From NCBI GenBank assembly GCA_051984395.1, contig JBPYEZ010000063.1, positions 1 to 58,233 of the forward strand: 58,233 nucleotides of DNA, written 5' to 3'. This DNA is from Acidimicrobiales bacterium. GTDB taxonomy: Bacteria; Actinomycetota; Acidimicrobiia; Acidimicrobiales; AC-9. The notes under the pieces were generated by a model. That model saw nothing but the letters and a program-made list of their open reading frames with translations. It was not told where the DNA came from and searched no databases. A program made the position numbers and the translations under genes. Shown piece by piece: positions 54,693-58,233 of this stretch. The number at the start of each line of letters is the position of its first letter. Position 1 is the first letter of the stretch.

Positions 54693-56033
54693 GTGGCTGG
54701 CCTGGAAGCATCCAGCGCCGGACCGCTCACGATCTCGTCGCCCGAGAGAGATGACCTGCCCTTGACCGAGTTCACCCTGGATGCCGCGGCTGCGTTGCCC
54801 GGACCAGCCTGGATGAGGCAGCGGCGCGCCGACGCACTGACCCGGTTCGAAGCGGGGGAGCTGCCGACCGAGGCCGAGGAGGTGTGGCGCTACAGCCGCA
54901 TCGACGACCTCGATCTCGGCTCCTTCCGACCGGTCCTCGCCACCGGGGTGGAGACCGGACTTCCCCCGGCGGTGTCGGCCGTCGCCGACACCGTCGGCCC
55001 GCGCTCGGGACTGCTCGTGCTGCGCGATGGCCGCGTCGCCCACGCCGAGGTGCGCCACGACCTCGCCGCTCGTGGCGTGGTCCTGGACAGCCTGCTGCAG
55101 GTGGCCCCCGACGAGGGAGCCGAGCTCCTGGGGGCAGTGGCGGGCGCCCCCGACGCCTTCGTCGAGCTGGCGACCGCGTTCCTCGCCGAGGCGGCCCTCG
55201 TCCGGGTGCCGCCGAAGGTCGAGGTGGACGCGCCCCTCGTGGTCGTGCACTGGCTCGACACCGAGGGAGGCGCCGTCTTCCCCCGCACCGTCGTACAGGT
55301 CGGCGAGTCCAGCCAGGCCAGCGTGGTCGAGGTGATGGCGTCCGGCGACGTCGCCGCCCTGGCTGCTCCCGTCGTCGAGCTCGACGTGGCCGACGCCGCC
55401 AACCTCGCCTACGTGGGGCTCCAACAGCTCGGCTCGCGCGTCTGGCAGGTCGCCTATCAGGCCAGCCGGGTCGGCAGGGACGCGAGCCTGCGCTCCTTCA
55501 CCGCTGCCCTCGGCGGCGAGTACGCCAGGCTGCGTACCGACTCCCGGCTGACGGGCCAGGGTGGGTCGAGCCAGCTGATGGCCGCCTTCTTCGGCACCGC
55601 CGACCAGATGCACGATTTCCGCACCCTGCAGGACCACGACGCCCCGAGGACGACCAGCGACCTGCTGTTCAAGGGGGCGGTGAGGAACCGGGCCCGCTCG
55701 GTGTACAGCGGTCTCATCCGTATCCGCCACGGCGCCCACGGAAGCAACGCCTTTCAGACCAACCGCAATCTCGTGTTGTCCGAGGGCGCCCACGCGGACT
55801 CGGTTCCCAACCTCGAGATCGAGGAGAACGACGTTCGGTGCAGCCACGCCTCGACGGTGGGACCGATCGACGAGGAGCAGCGCTACTACCTGGAGAGCCG
55901 GGGCGTGCCTCCTGGCGCGGCCGACCGACTGATCGTGGCCGGGTTCTTCCGCGACATCCTCGACCGGGCCCCGGCACCCGGAGTGCGGCCCCACCTGCAG
56001 CGGGCCGTGAGCGATCGTCTGGGGAGCGACTGA
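54693..56033 (+). CDS. sufD: Fe-S cluster assembly protein SufD
   Basis: It reads EEVWRYSRIDDL, LLFKGAVRNRARSVYSGLIRI, DVRCSHASTVGPIDEEQRYYLESRG and AGFF. Confidence 0.9.
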   Translation: MAGLEASSAGPLTISSPERDDLPLTEFTLDAAAALPGPAWMRQRRADALTRFEAGELPTEAEEVWRYSRIDDLDLGSFRPVLATGVETGLPPAVSAVADTVGPRSGLLVLRDGRVAHAEVRHDLAARGVVLDSLLQVAPDEGAELLGAVAGAPDAFVELATAFLAEAALVRVPPKVEVDAPLVVVHWLDTEGGAVFPRTVVQVGESSQASVVEVMASGDVAALAAPVVELDVADAANLAYVGLQQLGSRVWQVAYQASRVGRDASLRSFTAALGGEYARLRTDSRLTGQGGSSQLMAAFFGTADQMHDFRTLQDHDAPRTTSDLLFKGAVRNRARSVYSGLIRIRHGAHGSNAFQTNRNLVLSEGAHADSVPNLEIEENDVRCSHASTVGPIDEEQRYYLESRGVPPGAADRLIVAGFFRDILDRAPAPGVRPHLQRAVSDRLGSD

Positions 56034-56350
56034 TGGGCGAGCGAGTCAGGCTGTGCGCGACCGCCGAGGTGCCGGCGGACACGGCCCGGCGCTTCGAGGT
56101 CGGTGAGCATCGCATCGCGTTGATACGGATCGGCGACTCCTTCTACGCCATCGGCGATCGATGCAGTCATGCCGACTACTCGCTGTCCGAGGGCGAGGTC
56201 TTCGCCGAGGACCACGAGATCGAGTGCTGGAAGCACGGCAGCACGTTCTCGCTCGAGACGGGCGAGCCCCTGTGCCTTCCCGCCACCCAACCCGTTCCGG
56301 TGTACGAGGTGGAGGTCGAGGGCGACGACGTGATGGTGGTGCTGCCGTGA
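56033..56350 (+). CDS. Rieske (2Fe-2S) ferredoxin-like protein embedded in the suf operon
   Basis: The ATG at 56033 overlaps the sufD stop by 1 nt. The Rieske ligand motif is CSHADYSL...CWKHGS. Confidence 0.9.
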   Translation: MGERVRLCATAEVPADTARRFEVGEHRIALIRIGDSFYAIGDRCSHADYSLSEGEVFAEDHEIECWKHGSTFSLETGEPLCLPATQPVPVYEVEVEGDDVMVVLP

Positions 56351-57138
56351 GCCCGGCCCCGAAGGCCGGCCCCGACGGGATCGCCGAGCTCTCGATCACC
56401 GGGCTGCGAGCGGGTGTCCCCGAACGGGAGATCCTCGAGGGTATCGATCTCCGGCTCCGCAGCGGCGAGGTCCATGCCGTGATGGGCCCCAACGGCTCGG
56501 GCAAGAGCACCCTCGCCCACGTGCTGATGGGCCGGCCGGGATACCGCGTCACGGCTGGTGGCGTGACGCTCGACGGTGTCGACCTGTTGGCCTTGCCGAC
56601 CTGGAAGCGGGCCCAGGCGGGGTTGTTCCTCGTCCCCCAGTACCCGACGGAAGTGCCGGGCGTCAGCCTCGAGGATGCGCTGGGCGAGTCCCTCGCCGCA
56701 GCCGGGCGGGATCGGGGCGAGGTGAGTGAGCTGGTGGCGGCGGAGGCAGGGCGTATCGGGTTCGACCCGAGGTTCCTCGTCCGGCCCCTGAACGTCGACC
56801 TGTCGGGTGGCGAGAAGAAGCGCAACGAGACGGTGCAGCTCGGAGTGCTTCGCCCCAAGTTCGCGGTGCTGGACGAGGTCGACTCGGGTCTCGACATCGA
56901 CGCCCTGCGGGCGGTGGCCCGGCGCATCGAGGCGGCGACGACGGAGTCGGACCTCGGGGTGCTGGCGATCACCCACTACACGCGGCTTCTCCATGTGCTC
57001 CGGGCCGACGCCGTCCACGTGATGGTCCGCGGGTCGCTCGTCGCCAGCGGCGGACCGGAGCTGGCCGAGGAGCTCGAGCGGACTGGCTACGCCCCGTACG
57101 GGGTCGACGAGCCAGGAGCAGCTGTCTCAGGGGCCTGA
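56347..57138 (+). CDS. sufC: Fe-S cluster assembly ATPase SufC
   Basis: GTG at 56347 in a GTGA overlap. Walker A is GPNGSGKST, the signature is LSGGEKKR, and Walker B is AVLDEVDSGLD. Confidence 0.95.
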   Translation: MSPAPKAGPDGIAELSITGLRAGVPEREILEGIDLRLRSGEVHAVMGPNGSGKSTLAHVLMGRPGYRVTAGGVTLDGVDLLALPTWKRAQAGLFLVPQYPTEVPGVSLEDALGESLAAAGRDRGEVSELVAAEAGRIGFDPRFLVRPLNVDLSGGEKKRNETVQLGVLRPKFAVLDEVDSGLDIDALRAVARRIEAATTESDLGVLAITHYTRLLHVLRADAVHVMVRGSLVASGGPELAEELERTGYAPYGVDEPGAAVSGA

Positions 57139-57172
57139 ACGGCCCGCTCGGGTCCCGATGGCGGCGGACGCG

Positions 57173-57661
57173 CTAGTCGCGCGCCCGCATCACGGCAAGG
57201 ACCACCAGTCCGACCCCGACGACGAGAAAGCCGGCGCCGAAGCCGATGGTCGATCCGCGGGTGAGGTTCAGGGTGACGTGGGTGAACGCCTCGTAGGCCA
57301 GCGCGCCATAGGCGAAGCCGACGATCAAGAAGCCCGCTGCGGCGAGGAAGAGGCCGGGAGCGATGCTCGCCCGGTGCCGGTGGCTGGGCGGCGCCGCCGT
57401 CGACCGCAGCTGGGTCTGGGGTCCAGGACCTCCTCCCGGCCCGCCAGGCCCGCCAGGCCCGGTGGCAGGGTTTCTCGTGGTGGTGCCGGTCATCGTGGCG
57501 GTGCCGACGCCCGGCCCCGGACCGCCGCTCGTGCCCGTGGCAGGGTTGGGCCCGCCGCCGCCCACGGCCGGGCCTCCCGGGGAGGCGAGGTCCGCGCCGC
57601 AGTGGGGACAGAATCGAAACTCCGAGGGCACCTCATGCCCACATCGTCCGCAGTAAGGCAT
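57173..57661 (-). CDS. zinc-ribbon domain membrane protein
   Basis: The N-terminus is MPYCGRCGHEV...FCPHCGADL. A Gly/Pro-rich linker follows, then two C-terminal TM helices. Confidence 0.7.
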   Translation of the reverse strand: MPYCGRCGHEVPSEFRFCPHCGADLASPGGPAVGGGGPNPATGTSGGPGPGVGTATMTGTTTRNPATGPGGPGGPGGGPGPQTQLRSTAAPPSHRHRASIAPGLFLAAAGFLIVGFAYGALAYEAFTHVTLNLTRGSTIGFGAGFLVVGVGLVVLAVMRARD

Positions 57662-57821
57662 GACTCAACCTTCCTCGACGGGGGTTTGCCCCGCTCCAAG
57701 CACCCGTCGGCGTGCAGGGTAGCGCGTGCGCCGGGAGCCGGGGGTGACCACTGGATATGGCGTCCGGCTAGAAGCGCGGTCCCGGAGAGGGCATTCTGGT
57801 GTGGTGGGCGACGACCGGAGG

Positions 57822-58233
57822 ATGACGATGGGTAGGCACGTGATCCCCCTGGACGCTGGCGCGGAGGCGGAGGAGGAAGCCCTGCGGGTCGCGGACCAGG
57901 CGTACGACAAGGCCATGAACGCCACCATGGACGTGGCCAACAGCGAGCTCGAGCGGGCCGAGGCACTGCGCGTGGCGACTATCGCCCGTGCCGAGGCGCT
58001 CCGGGCGGCGACAGTGGCGAGAGCGGACGCGCTGCGGCGGATCTCCGGCGAGCACATCGGTTCCGTGCGGCGGGCCGAGGCGGAGCGCACCGAGGTGATC
58101 CGGCGGGCCGAGACCCGCTACCAGGACGCGCTGGAAACGGCGGAGGAGTCGGCAACCAAGGCGGTCGAGTACGCCTACGAGGCGGAGATGGGGGCCGCTC
58201 AGGCGGCCCACGAGGAGGCGCTGCGAGCGGCGG
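57822..58233 (+). CDS. hypothetical alpha-helical (Ala/Glu/Arg-rich, coiled-coil-like) protein, 5' partial running off the window
   Basis: ATG at 57822 is preceded by ggag. The frame stays open to the window end with high GC3 (MTMGRHVIPLDAGAEAEEEALRVADQAYDKAMNAT...). It is absent from the ORF track because no stop lies in the window. Confidence 0.5.
   Translation, partial: MTMGRHVIPLDAGAEAEEEALRVADQAYDKAMNATMDVANSELERAEALRVATIARAEALRAATVARADALRRISGEHIGSVRRAEAERTEVIRRAETRYQDALETAEESATKAVEYAYEAEMGAAQAAHEEALRAA

Noticed and set aside
57131-57145. The hairpin gggcc-tgaac-ggccc after sufC might be a terminator.
   Set aside because: It has only a 5-bp stem overlapping the stop codon and no U-tract, which is too weak to call.
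57665-58211. Minus-strand ORFs 57665..58090 and 57768..58211
   Set aside because: The plus-strand frame starting at 57822 has an SD, high GC3 and a coherent helical Ala/Glu/Arg sequence. The minus-strand translations are Arg/Pro/Ser-rich shadow frames.

Overview
This is a very GC-rich chromosomal segment of actinobacterial type (about 70% GC by eye, not computed). It is densely coding, with about 57 CDS, one tRNA and very little spacer. Many start/stop overlaps of the ATGA/GTGA type occur at 5520, 8255, 11043, 11510, 14438, 14752, 18284, 20817, 32602, 44406, 56033 and 56347. The content is mostly housekeeping and central metabolism. (1) The conserved actinobacterial block L25-tail/pth/mfd/PPIase/mazG/eno/ftsB ... 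DUF501-ppx is present but split by a 9.5-kb molybdenum-hydroxylase (CoxLSM-like) cluster. That cluster carries a full maturation set (MoxR, VWA, two XdhC, MocA, CoxG) and an embedded DUF1707-adenylate cyclase. (2) Next come an aminotransferase, an acyl-CoA synthetase-like gene, GNAT, an epimerase/acyltransferase pair, one tRNA, pncA and lgt. (3) An Rv2578c/SplB-type radical SAM gene is interrupted by a 343-aa LAGLIDADG intein inserted inside the CX3CX2C cluster motif. (4) The following stretch holds a phosphoesterase, DUF2233, SDR, Qor, an NlpC/P60 hydrolase with a candidate c-di-AMP (ydaO-type) leader, and fumC. (5) A CoA-ester cluster follows (malyl-CoA-lyase-like CitE, two acyl-CoA dehydrogenases, MaoC). 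(6) MBL hydrolase, flavin reductase, rmlC, a RodZ-like disordered membrane protein and oligopeptidase B come next. (7) The suf locus (sufB ... sufD-Rieske-sufC) is interrupted by three unrelated genes. I see no CRISPR array, transposase, integrase, prophage or recognisable defence system, and no obvious novel multi-gene system. The two most unusual objects are the intein placed in the radical-SAM iron-sulfur motif (with a CPYC junction) and a 74-nt tRNA. That tRNA has anticodon UAA and a Leu-like D arm but lacks the long variable arm expected of bacterial tRNA-Leu. All calls rest on reading the translations and the DNA by eye; no database search was run.
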